64,000 nucleotides of DNA, from the NCBI RefSeq assembly GCF_963921235.1, contig NC_086097.1:171680001-171744000 (forward strand), written 5' to 3'. Each line of letters begins with the position of its first letter. Positions within the stretch are counted from its first letter, which is position 1. A program made the translations under genes and the position numbers. Under the pieces are notes generated by a model. The model was given only the letters and a program-made list of their open reading frames with translations. It was not told the DNA's origin and did not search any database. The DNA comes from Mobula hypostoma. Its lineage: Eukaryota. Positions 51,131-64,000 of the stretch are shown in pieces.

Positions 51131-54099
51131 GTGTGCCTGTGTTATAATCGGCACATGAAGATTGATTGCATTGAAGTTCATGAAACTGGATTTCAGAAGC
51201 TGAGTTTAAAATATAGCTGTAGTATGTTACCTGTTCAAGCATGGCCTAACAAGGACAAACTTGCACTCCTGTCTTTGTTCAAGAACTTCAAAATAGAACT
51301 CATATCCCAAAGCACATTCTGTCAAAATACCTCAACCCCAGAACTTTGAGCAACAAGACTTACTGTGCCAAAATGACACTTATTGGGGTGTCTGTCATTT
51401 ACAAATCAGTGTCACGTATTTATTGAGGATAGAAAATTAAAACATTTTCCAAACCACCACTCCAATTTTGATTCAAGTATTGAGAGGTTAGAACTGAATT
51501 TGAACGTATGTAATGCTACTCCCTTTTTGATGTAATGTCATTCACCTTGACATTTTAACTCAGTTGTTCTCCCTACAGATACTGCTTAACTTGCTCAACA
51601 TTTGCAGCATTTATTCTTTCTAGTTTAGATCGCCAGCATTTGAATTCAGAATTCAGAGAAGGCAAGTTATATGTTAGGGTATGAATCTGCTTCAGTTATT
51701 TTAATCATAACAACAATGTAATATTGTTTCAAGTGGAAGAGACCAACATCCTGAAATAAAAAGGATAAAGATAATATGCACATTCAGGCAAAATAGAATG
51801 TAGAAAAGTTATAATAATATAAATACTAATTAAGATAATTTATGTACTGTGTCCATGTACCTATAGTAAAATAATGTAAGGCAGAGAAAGCTGGATTTAT
51901 GCATTAGCTGTGTTAGCTTCTGTGAAGAGAGAAATAGACTGAGGTTGGAATCAGATTTAAAAGGGAACTGAGGGACAAATTTTTTTCACCCAGAGGGTGG
52001 TGAGTATTTGGAACAAATTGGCAGATGAAATGTTTGAGGTAGGTAAAACAGTAGCACTTGGATAGGGGTGGGGCTCAGAGGGATATGGGCCAAATACAGG
52101 AAATGGTGACTAGCTAGGTAGGAACCATGGTTAACAGGCACCTGTTGGGCCGAAGGGCCAGTATCTGTGCCGTACTGCTCTATGACTCTGAGGGTGGGAA
52201 AAGGAACTCAATTAAGAAAGAGAAAAGAAAAAGAAAGGGAAAAGAACTTAAACATTTATTTTACAACAAAGCTCCGTAAATTGCTGCCTGAGGAATAAGA
52301 TTTTGCAATTTAAATGTTCAACCTGTGTGCCTAAAATGTAAATTTTCACAGTGAGTTTAATGGGCAATTAATGAGGAAATACAGTGAATTATTCAGAATA
52401 TCAATGTAACTGAGACCAAGATGCTGATTGGGTGGCAGTGTAAAGCAGTCCGCAAATGCTGGAGATTTGTAATTCACAGCATAAATTGCACTCCTCTGAC
52501 TTTGCAGATTGATTTGCACATTAACAACAGTGTGAGTTGTCAATTTGAACATTATTTTCCTAACAAGATCTGACTTGTGTTTTCCACCTACAGTGCTCTA
52601 TCAGTGAACCCTAACTGTGATAGGACAATATTGGTTTCAGCACTGGAAACTATTTTTACTTTATTAATCTGTTTTACTAGCTTTAAATTCAGAGGGCAGC
52701 ATGAGATAGAGTTTGGAACGATTGGGGGTGTGATACTATTAGAACCTCAATTCCTTGCACCTCAAGGGATTCTAATGGAAACTTCTGCTCATTAAAACAG
52801 ACATTGTTGGAGGGAAGAGAACTTTATTTTTCAGGAGATATAATTAGGCAGTATAAGTCATTAGCTTAACTTTACTTCTTGCTCTAGTATATAATGAACA
52901 TCCAGTAGATTAGTGGTCAAAGTAGACAATTCCTGCCAAAAACTAAAATTTCAGAGAACATGTATTGAAAAAGCTTCATCTTCTGCACAATTGTTACAGA
53001 CTTAAACTTTTCATCCATTGCACATAGACATTAACCAAGTCATTCTAGGATATTTAGCGCACAACTCCAGCCAGGACATTTCATGCACCAATACAGCCTT
53101 GGGTAATTTACCAATTTATTTGTGCTGGTTCCTCCATTCAACAAATTGTTCTGGACAACTCACCAACGAACTAATTCTGGGCGATTCATTAACCAACTGA
53201 AAAGGACCACATCATGCCAATCCCATTTACCCAGCTTGTGGTAAGTTACAACATAAAGTCATAAGTCATATTCATTGTCATTGGAAGAGAATATATCTGG
53301 CATGATTAGTTAGTTTGCAGTTTATGAGCAGGAAAAGTTATAAACGAATATTTGTCAAACAGTCGGGCGGTGCCAATGGGCCAACTCAACTATGCTGACC
53401 AAGATACCCGTACAGACAAACCTATGAATCTATAAATCCAAGAGTTCATTCAAGCACTTAGTAAAAAGTGGGTGTTTCTGCCTTTACCACCCTTTCAAGC
53501 AGAGTTCCAGACACATCATGATAAGTACAATAATTTTTGCAATTAACTTAAACAAATGTCCCTCCTATCCTCCATGAAACACACACACACACACTTAATT
53601 ACCCATGGCTAAGGGAATTGATCTTCACACCCACTTGTCCACAGCTTCAAATAAATTTGTAAATGTAATAATTCTCAATTAAATATTGCTTCATTCTTTG
53701 ATTTAAAGCAACTCAGACTATTATTTATTACACCTTAATTTCCTCTGGTCTTGCAATATTCTCGTATTAGTCTTGTCTGGTATCATGCACGGGTGCATTA
53801 ATAAAGAAATACCCTTAGAGTGTTTGTGCTGCACATGACAGAAGACAAACTTTTTTATTCAGTTGTGAAATTGCTGATCTCTGACCTCACAACTTGGTAG
53901 ATTGCTTTATAATTGACACATATACTGAGGTCCAGCGAAAAACTTTGTTTCACATGCCAGAAGAGAAAAGTAGTAACAGAATGCAGAGTATGCTATAGAA
54001 TTACAGTTACAAAGAAAGTATAGTGCAGGCAGACAATAAAGTGCAAGGTCATGACAAAGGAGATTGTGAAGTTAACAGAATATCTTATGGTATGAATCA

Positions 54100-55520
54100 A
54101 CTCCTGCCTAAGCAAGGACCTGGACCAGATGCAATTTACCAGTCACCACAATAGGTCTAAAGTGAATGTAATCTCTCTGGTTACCACTCAACCTTGAATC
54201 ACCTGGATAATGGCAATGCCTACATCAGGCTGCTGTTTATTAATTATAACTCAGTGCTCAATACAATCATATCCTCATTTCTAATTGATAAGATCCAAAA
54301 CCTGAGCCTTTGTACCTCCCTCTGCAACTAGATCGTTAACTTTCTCATCAGGAGACTACAGTCAGTGTGGATCAGAAACAACTTGTCATTCCCACTGACA
54401 ATCAATACTGGTGCACCTCAATGATGTATGATTAGGCCACTTCTCTACTTTCTCTACATCCATGACTGTTTGGCCAGGCATAGGTCAAGCACCGTCTATA
54501 AATTTGCCAATGACACAACTATTGTTGGCAGAATTTCAGATGGTGACGAGCAGACATGAAATAGATCAGCGAGCTGAGTGGTGTCACACCAACAATCTTA
54601 GTCTCTAAGTCAGTAAGACCAAGAAATTGATCATGGACTTCAGGAAGAGGAAGTCGAGGGAACACACACCAGTTCTCATTGAGGGATCAGAGTGGAAAGG
54701 GTGAGCAGTTTCAAGTTCCTGGGTGTCAACACCTCTGAAGGTCTGTGTGGGGCCAACATTCTGATACAATTACAAATAAGGTATGGCAGCGGCAATATCT
54801 CTTTAAGAGTTTGAGGAGACTTGGTACGTCACCAAAGACGGGGAAACCTCTTTGATGTACCATAGAGAGCATTCTAATTCATTGTATTACCACCTGGTAT
54901 GGAAGGACCACTGCACAGGATTGAAAAAAGCTGCAGAAAGTTGTAAACTCAGCCAACTCCATCATGGGCACTAGCCTCCCCAGCACTGAGAACATCTTCA
55001 AAAGGCAATGCCTCAAAAAGCATCGATCATTAAGGGCCCCATCACCCAGAAATGCCCTCTTCTCACTATTAATATCAAGGAAGAAGTACAGGAGCCTGAA
55101 GACACACACTCAACATTTTGGGAACAGCTTCTTCCCCTCCACCATCAGAATTTTGAATGGACAATGAACCCATATACACTGCCTCACTATTTCTTTTCAC
55201 TTTCTCTCTCTCTTTTTACACTACTTATTTAATTTAATTGATCTACATTTATATTTCTTACTGTAATATATAGATTTTTATTATGTACTGCAATGTACTG
55301 CTGCTGCAAAACAACAAATTGCATGACAAACACGAGAAAACCTACCGATACAGGGAATCCAAAGCAACACCCACAAAAAGCTAGGGGAGGTCAGCAGGCC
55401 AGGCAATGACTGGTTATTCTTTTTCATCGATAGTGCCTGACCTGCTGAGTTCCTTCAGCATTTTGTGTGTGTTAAATTGCATGATGTATGCCAGTGATTT
55501 TAAACCTGATTCCAATTCTG
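54100..55520 (+). mobile_element. Decayed Rex1-like LINE (RT to tail) containing a 147-bp palindromic PLE remnant
   Basis: YIRLLFINYNS, GAPQ.C..PLL, KFANDTT and ESIL motifs. PLE at 55327-55473 with 11-bp TSD AAATTGCATGA (55316-55326, 55474-55484). Confidence 0.85.
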
Positions 55521-58189
55521 CTGCAAGAGGTCTGTTCAATAGTCTACAACAATGGGATAGAAGCTGTCTTGTGCTTGGCTGTATGTCTTTACAGGTTTCT
55601 GTATTTTTTGGGATTGGGGAGGGATGAAGAGAGAATGACTGATGTGGGTGGGATCTTTGATTATGCTGGCTGCTTTACCAAGTCTGTGGGAAGTGTAGAC
55701 AGAGTCCATGGAGAAAAGGTTGGTTCCCATGATGTGTTAATCTTTGTCCACAGTCCTCTGGAGTTTCTTGTGATCTTGGGGCAGAGCAGCTGATATACCA
55801 AGCTTGATGCCTTCTATAATGCACCTATTTATTAATCTTCTCAATGCTTCCCACTGGAGCTCAGCTCTAGAGGATTCCTGGCATTCAATAACTGTGACGT
55901 CATCAGGTTTGCCAACTAGTCAGACAGAAGCACAGACAGTAAATCAAAAGGAATAAACACCAATTTCAATTATAATGGCTAAATAACAATTGGAACAAAA
56001 GCTAATGTGATTAATGTAAAGACATCATAAATAATCTCACAAACAAATTAAATAATCACTTCTATTTTACAATATTCTTATGAAGGAGTTACACTAATCA
56101 TACATACAATTCATTTTGTGGGAACAGATAATTTATCAAGCAGTCATTATGGCTTAGTGTGCTATTTGAAGCATATTTAGAACTGATACAATAAAACACA
56201 TGGTGTTAAGAATATTTTACTGTGGGAACAATTTGTAAATGTGTAAATAATTAAATTTTTTGCTGTTCAAGTAATTTCCCTTGATGCTAATGGAGGAAAG
56301 TACAAACAGGGCACCTTATAGAGTGGGTGGGGCTGAGCCACTGATAGCCATTTTTGGATTTCCACATATAGATATGCTCCATAGAAGAGCAGGCAAAGAC
56401 TGATCATCATCTCTTTCATTCCACTACACATTCAGGAATAATCCCAAATACTGACAGCTGCATAACTGCCAAACTTCAACTGATTCTGAAAGGTTACACC
56501 ACAGATTAACTTAACAAGAAGTTAAGGGAAATAGTATCTGCCCAAAAGGTTCTACAACATAATAATGATGAGCAAAGTGTTGTCCCAGGTGCAGAGGTCA
56601 ATATGTACTCATCAACCGACAGCACTAAAAAGAACTCCATTTGCCATTATCACTCGGCTGTTCTGTTGAATTTTGATGTATTTTTTGCTTTGCACTGGAG
56701 ACGACATTTCATCCATCAAGATTGCTAAAGAATTCAGAATTATTCCCACTGATCTATGCAATTCCCCAATATCCTTTGATAATATATCATAATCTAAAAG
56801 ATACACAGGCTCCAGTTTATTAACATGAGTAAACATTTTAAATTCTTACAATAGTCTGCATGACACACTGCTCCTCATCTCTTACCTCACCCTGTCAGTG
56901 ACAAGTGCAAGCTGATGACTTCTCTCAGCAGACCCAGGCCTTCCTTAATTATCTCAGCACTTTACTAATTCAAACATAAACAATTAAATCTCCTCTGTTG
57001 CTGGGGGATATTGTTTTAAATGTTAAAGTGTCAGCTCAGGGAGTGGGGACGATGTGGATTTATTACTGCAAGTTGTAGTGAAGGGAGAGGGGGCAGAGGA
57101 TGTGTTTTGAGCAGGATATAGCCAAACACAAAAGCATATGTGAATGCAAAAGCAAGAGCAGGCCATTCAGCCCAACTGACTACTTCACCGTACAGCAAGC
57201 TAATGTCCCCAGTGCCACTTTCCAGCTTGAACCGCATAATCTTTAGGTCCTGTAATTTCTAAAGATTATCAATCCCTGTCTTGAATGTACTCAGCAACTG
57301 AGACTCCACAACCAGCTTTTCAATTTACAAACCTTTTCTTAATTAAATATTCCAGGAATCGTTTTGTGAATTGAGAAATAATGGACCTAATTACTCAAAT
57401 GAATTATACCGAGAGTTTGCATGCAGTACCGTTCTCCATCAAGACGCGAAGCCTCATAAGTCTCTTTTAACCATTTACCTCATTTACCTCTCACCGCAAG
57501 TCTATGCTCTCTAGTATTCAACATTTCCACCTTGGGAAAAGGACTCTATCTACCCTAAACACAAGCTGCCAGAAATATTGAGTAACACACACAAAATGCT
57601 GGAGGAACTCAGCAAGTTTGGCACCATCCATAGAGGGGAGTAAAGAGTCAAAGTTTTGGGTTGAGAATCCTGTTTCTGCCTCTCATAGTATTACTGTCAG
57701 ATCTCCCCTCAGCTTCTAATGCTGGAGAGAAAATTATCCAAGTTTGTCTAAGCTCTCCTCATAACTAATACACAAGCATGTCATACAAATTCTCTTCTAA
57801 ATTGCCCCAAGATCCCTCCTTCTACTTCTTGTAGCCCTGGAAAAGCAGCCAACATAATCAAAGCCTCCCCCAACCCCAAACGTTCTCTCTTGTTTTGCCA
57901 TCCCTTTGAAGTTTTCCATTTTCTGTATGCTCTTTGGATTTTCACCATCTGCAGCTTCCATTTCCTGAGTAAATAATTTAGTACAAATCAGATGTTTCCC
58001 TGTCAGGCAGTCATTAATCCCATCCTGCCTCCAAGGCACTAGTTAAGATAGTTGTGGTAGTAGCCTCAATGCTTCTGATTTTATTCTTGCATTTGAATCC
58101 CATTCATTGACCTGGCTACAATATTAATTGCTCTCTCTGCTGTTTTTGATTTTGTTTAAATGTTACACCTTTTTCTGTGATTAAAGAAG

Positions 58190-59710
58190 CAACACCTTCA
58201 AAGTTAACTTGCAGGTTGAGTTAGTCGTGAGGAAGGCAAAAGCAATATCAGCACTCATTTTGAGAGGACTAGAATATAAAAGCAACAATGTAATGCTGAG
58301 ATTTTAAAAGGCATTGGTCATACAGCACTTGGAGTATTGTGAACAGTTTTGGGCCCCTTATCTAAGGAAGGATGGGCTGGCATTGGAGAGGGTCCAGAGG
58401 AGGTTCATGAGAATGATCCCAGGAATGAAAGGGTTAACATATGTGGAATGTTTAATGGCTGTGGGCTTGTACTCACTAGAATTTCAATGAATAAGTGGTG
58501 ATCTCATTGAAATGTATCAAATATTAAAAGGCCTAGATAGAGTGGATGTGGAGAGAATAGTACCTATAGTGGCACAGACTAAGGCCAAAGGGTATTGCCA
58601 CAGATACGAGAATGTCCCTTTAAAAAGGAGACAAAAGCAAATTTCCTGTAGCCAGAGTGTGGTAGTCACTTTACACTTATGACTGTGTGGCTAAGTATAG
58701 CTCCAACACCAAAACAATTTTGATGATGACACAACCATTGTGGATTGTATCAAAGGGGCTGGGAGGTGTAATAACAACTACTGCTCACTCAATGTCAACA
58801 ACACCAAGGAACTGTTTGCAGACTTCAGGAGAGGGAAACCAGGGGTCCATGAGCCAGTAACCATCAGAGGATCAGAGGTGGTGAGGGTCAATGACTTTAA
58901 ATTCCTGAGTGTCATTATCTCAAAGGACCTGTCCAGGACGCATCATAAAAGTGTACTTGAAAGAAAGCATGACAGCACCTCTATTTCCTCAAGAGCCTCC
59001 GGAGCTTCAGCGTGTCATCAATAACCTTGACAAACTTCTACAGATGTGTGGTAGTAAGTGTACTGACTGGCTGCATTACAGCCTGGTATGGGAATACCAA
59101 AACATTTGAGTGTAAAATTCTACAAAAGGTAGAGGATTCAGCCCAGCATATCACGGGTAAAGCCCTCCAAACCACTGAGCACATCTACATGAAACATTGC
59201 CGTAGAAAAGCAGCATCCACCATCAAAGATCCTCACCACCCAGGCCATGAGCATTTCTCATTGCTGCCATCAGGTAGAATGTACAAGAGCCTCAGGACTC
59301 GCACCACCAAGTTCAAGAACAGTTACTCAACCATCAGGCTCTTGAACAAAGGTAGCTAACTACACTCATTCTATTTCTGGTGTTCCCACAACTGATGGTC
59401 TCGCTTTAAGGACTCTTTATCTTGTTATTTTATGTTCTCTTTATTTATGGCTATTTATTTTTATTTGTCTTTGCACAGTTTGTTGTTCATTGATCCTGGT
59501 TACAGTTAGTTTTCTATAGATTTGCTAAGTATGCCCACAGGAAAAAAAGAATCTTAAGGTTGCATGTGGTAACATGAATGTACTCTGATAATAAATTTTA
59601 CTTTGTACTTTACTTTTATGTTGAATCTATGGAGTTCATTGCCACAGATGGCGTGGAGGCGAAGTCATTGGGTATATTTAAGACAAAGGGTCCTTGATTA
59701 GTAAAGTCTT
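58190..59710 (+). mobile_element. CR1 3' fragment interrupted by a Rex1-like LINE (~58665-59615)
   Basis: HLEYCEQFWAP CR1 motif. Rex1 ORF 59012-59359 (FYRCVVVSVLTGCITAWYG). CR1 resumes at ~59620. Confidence 0.8.
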
Positions 59711-60291
59711 ACGGTCTTAATCGAGCTGGGAATGACGGAGGGAGAGCCCCCAGTTTTTGCTTGCTTTGAAGAGCTTAGTTCCCTCTGAACATGCTAGGCG
59801 ATTAAGCTTGGAGGTGATATGAATGATTTTGATTCCAAGTGGGAGACACAGTTCACTGGGTCATAGCAAGTTATTGAACTGATGAGTAATTTATCTGCAG
59901 TGCACTGTAAATTTTAACAATGTGTGAAAGAAACAAAATGTAGCTATGGATAAATTATTAATTGGAACCAGTCACCTATTGAAGGATCTGTTCATCTTGT
60001 GGTTTGATGGAACACTCAAAAGAATAGCTCATGTTTGCCTTGTTTGGCAAGCAAGCTAGATTCTAGCCAAATAGAACTGAAAGGTACTGATAATGATTCA
60101 ATAGTCTGGCTTAAATTTCTTTTCTATTCATTTTCAATTAATTCCCTGAGGGACAAAATTTGAGTACTTTGGAAATTTTTGTTGATTAATTGCCACGAAA
60201 CAGAGGACAACATTTAACACACAAGTAGTTGGGGCTGAATATCTTGAAGAAAGAGAGTTGGAATATTTCAGGATGTGTTGCCTTAAGAAAG

Positions 60292-60404
60292 CAATACACA
60301 CACAAAATGCTGGAGGAATTTTGCAGGTCAGGCAGCATCTAGGAAAACAGTATAGTCAACATTCCGGGAATGTTTTCCAGCATCTGCACATTTTCTCTTG
60401 TTTA
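60292..60404. mobile_element. 113-bp PLE remnant composed of two opposed pLTR ends
   Basis: CACACAAAATGCTGGAGG.. joined to ..CCAGCATCTGCACATTTTCTCTTGTTT. 11-bp TSD CCTTAAGAAAG at 60281-60291 and 60405-60415. Confidence 0.8.
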
Positions 60405-61569
60405 CCTTAAGAAAGGTTCAGTTGTAGTATTCAAAAGAACGTTGGATTCATACTCAAAGTTGTAGAAGTGTAGATCACTCAAGCATAAAAATCAGGATAT
60501 GGAGATCTGAAACACGTTACCAGACAATTGAATAGTTTTGTTGAGGAACCAGGAGAGATTCCAAGAGTGGTAACATCGGAATAATATTTCATCTTCACAA
60601 CACTGAAATCAAATTAAACTTTCTAACCAATGAATGTTTAATAAGCCTCTATCACAGTCCTGAAAATTTGGATGAAAAGAAGTTTCAGTCTGAGTTCAGT
60701 CGATTTAGTCTATGAATGACAGTACCATGGTATAACTGGTAATGCTGATGCCTCAAAGCTCCAGCAACCCTTTCAATCCTGACCTCAGATGTTATCTGTG
60801 TTAAACTGTCATGTTAGAACATGGAACATAGAACAGTACAGCACCCGAACAGGCCTTTAGGCCCACAATGTTGTGTTAAAGTAAAGAAACTAATGACTTT
60901 ATAATCTAATTTCATTAATTTTAAAAGTTGTTACTGTCCCTTCCTCAACCATGTCCTCTGGCAGGTCACGCCACATACATGACACTTATGTAAAAATGGT
61001 CCCCATCCTATTAAATCTCTCTCTCAGGTCCTCTAGTTAATGATTCCCCCAACCGTGAGAAAAAAAAACTAAGTGCATTCTATGACCTTCATGATGTTAC
61101 ACTCGTCTATAACATCACCTCTTAGTCTTCTATACTCCAAGGAATGAAGACCAAGCCCGTCCAACTTCTCCCCATAACCCCGTCCACTAAGTCCTGGCAA
61201 TATCCTTGTACAGTAAATCTCTTCTGCATTCTTTCTACTTTAATAATAACTTTCCTGTAGCAGGAGGACCATAACTAAGCTCAGTACTCCAAATGCTGCC
61301 CCTCCAGCATCCCAGTTATGCAATGAGCTCACACGATATGATCAACTCTTAACTTCATAATATATCTCATTACAATCTTACATTTTATTGTTTACCTGCA
61401 CTGCACTTTTTCTGTGGCTATTACACTTTATTCTGCCTTGTTATTGTTTTACCTTGTTCTATCTCAATGCACTGTGTAATGATTTGATCTGTATGAATAG
61501 TAAGCAAGACAAGCTTTTCACTGTATTCTTGGTACATGTGACAATAATAAACTAATGCCAACTATCACC

Positions 61570-63077
61570 GGGCCCCACAGTAATGTAGCGGTTAGCTATT
61601 ACAGCTTGGGGTGTTCCAGAGTTCAGAGTTCAACACCGTAACTCCCATCAGGCTCCACAAGAAGCTCAGAGACCTCGGCCTTCACCCTGCCTTGTGTAGC
61701 TGGATCCGGGACTTTCTGTCAGATCGCTGGTAAGTGGCAGGAGTGGGCTCCCTCATTCTGCCCTCTGACCCTCAACACAGGAGCCCCCCCATCCCAAGAC
61801 TGTGTCCTAAGCCCCCTCCTTTGCTCTCTGCATACCTATGACTGTGTCATCACCCACAGCTCCAATCTGCTAATTAAAATTGCTGATGAAACTACACTAA
61901 TTGGCCTAATCTCAAACAATAACGAGACAGCCTACAGAGAAGAAGTCATCACCCTGACACAGTGGTGTCAAAAAAACACCTCTCCGTCAATGTTGCAAAA
62001 ACAAGGGAGCTGGTTGTGGACTACAGGAAGAATGGAGACAGGTTAACCCCTATTGACATCAATCAATCTGGGGTTGAGAGGTTGAACAGCTTTAAATTCC
62101 TCAGCATACACATCTGTACAAACCGCCTCTGTGATGAAAAAGGCGTAACATAGAAAATAGGTGCAGCAGTAGGCCATTCGGCCCTTCGAGCCTGCACCAC
62201 CATTCAGTATGATCATGGCTGATCATCCAACTCAGAACCCTGTACCAGCCTTCCCTCCATACCCCGATCCCTTTAGCCACAAGGGCCATATCTAACTCCC
62301 TCTTAAATATAGCCAATGAACTGGCCTCAACTGTTTCCTGTGGCAGAGAATTCCACAGATTCACCACTCTCTGTGTGAAGAAGTTTTTCCTAATCTCGGT
62401 CCTAAAAGGCTTCCCCTTTATCCTCAAACTGTAACAGCACCTCTTTCACCTCAGGCGGTTGAAATAGTTTGGTATGGGCCCCCAGATCCTAAGAACTTTC
62501 TACAGAGGCACAATTGAGAGCATCCTGACTGGCTGCATCACTGCCCGGTATGGGAACTGTACTTCCCTCAATCGCAGGACTCTGCAGAGAGTAGAGCCGG
62601 CAACCCAGTGCATCTGTAAATGTGAGCGTCCCACTATTCAGAACATTTACAACGACAAGTGTGCAAAAAGGGCCTGAAGGATCACTGGGGACCCAAATCA
62701 CCCCAACCACAAACTGCTCCAGCTGCTACCATCCGGGAAACAGTTCCGCAGCATAAAAGCCAGGACCAACAGGCTCCGGGACAGCTTCTTCCACCAGGCC
62801 ATCAGACTGATTAATTAATTCATGCTAATACAATCATATTTCTATGTTATATTAACTGTCCTGTTGTACATACTATTTATTATAAATTACTATAAATTGC
62901 ACACTGCACATTTAGATGGAGACATAAAGTAAAGATTTTTACTCCTCATCTATATGAAGGATATAAGTAATAAAGTCAATTCAATTCAATTAATTCTGTT
63001 GTCATCTGTCAGAAGTTTGTATGCTCTCCCATTGAACTGCCTGGCTTAGCTCTGGGTGGTCCGTTTTCTCCCACAGT
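61570..63077 (+). mobile_element. V-SINE-like SINE split by a Rex1-like LINE (~61631-62993), which contains a minus-strand CR1 (62151-62430)
   Basis: SINE head GTAGCGGTTAGC..GAGTTCAA resumes at ~62994. Rex1 RT motifs and (TTCAA)n tail. CR1 flanked by GTAACA at 62145-62150 and 62431-62436. Confidence 0.8.
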
Positions 63078-64000
63078 GAATGATAATGGGAATGTGAGGG
63101 GGAGTAAGCTGGAGGAAACTGAGTGAATGTGAAGTTATTCAGATAATTGCCCAAGGATCAATACATAAAATGGCCTTCCTTCCATAATGTCAGAAAAGTA
63201 TGAGAAGATTATACTTTGGCAACATGACCATTTCAAAGAAGCTTGCAAAATCATCTTTCCTGACAGATTTTTATTAGCTCTGTCATAAGAGAGTGAGACA
63301 GATAGGCATTTGTGATGATCTAGCAACTTCCATTTCATTTCTCAGAGAATTTTTTTCCAGTTAAATTACATTAATTGGTTGTGAAGGGTACTACACATAT
63401 TGCTGTAAAGATATGGGTGGCACAGAATCAGTAGGAAATATCAGAAAATGTTTTATTTTACTGGCTTGATAACATGCCTGGAAGGTTTGTGTTGTACCTG
63501 TCAGATTTCTGTCTGTCAAGCGTGTTTAGTTTTACTTTCAAATAAGCAACTTTACATTAAAATCATAGCTGGGTTATTGAAGGGATAATATCAGAAAGTA
63601 CCAGACTGTATGGAATTTGTAGGTGTCTGCAACTCTTGCACTAAATGTGATTGATGCTTGGGGAGCTGTGGTTGAAAACGTCAGAGCAGAGATAGGATTT
63701 TTCTACACAAGAGGAAGGAAGGAAGCTGAGTGAATTGTGTTATGATACTGATCGATCACTAAGGACACTCACCACCCAGGATATGCCCGCTTCTCATTAC
63801 TATCATCAGGGAGGAGGTAGAGGAGTCTGAACACCCATACTCAATTCAGAACTAGCTTCTTCCCCTCCGTCATCAGATTTCTGAATGGCCCATTAACCCA
63901 TGAAAACTAATTGATATTTGCTATTACATTTTGTAGTAATTTTATGTCTTCCCAGTCATTGTGGGGGGTTTCAACCAGGCCAGCTTGAAGTAGCCTCTGA

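Overview
Repeat-dense (roughly three quarters) eukaryotic genomic DNA with no confidently identifiable host protein-coding gene. The repeat inventory (CR1 LINEs with (TTTCTATG)n tails, Rex1/Babar LINEs, a fish-type L1, Neptune-like Penelope elements, V-SINE/HE1-like SINEs) suggests a cartilaginous fish, probably a ray; this host assignment is inference. The main items are as follows. (1) A decayed minus-strand endogenous retrovirus at 29105-36920 with LTRs, tRNA-Ser PBS, splice donor and acceptor, pol, PPT and an env whose furin site lies near the N-terminus (F2/F1-like topology); this best fits a lokiretrovirus-like provirus. (2) A Gypsy LTR retrotransposon at 15962-20195 with tRNA-Trp PBS and AGCT TSD. 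(3) Many Penelope-like insertions whose pseudo-LTRs carry minimal hammerhead ribozyme motifs and form inverted repeats. (4) Several multi-level nested insertions with readable TSDs, and three solo LTRs. Nearly all ORFs in the six-frame track are TE fragments or their antisense shadows. Family assignments come from motif recognition by eye; no searches were run.
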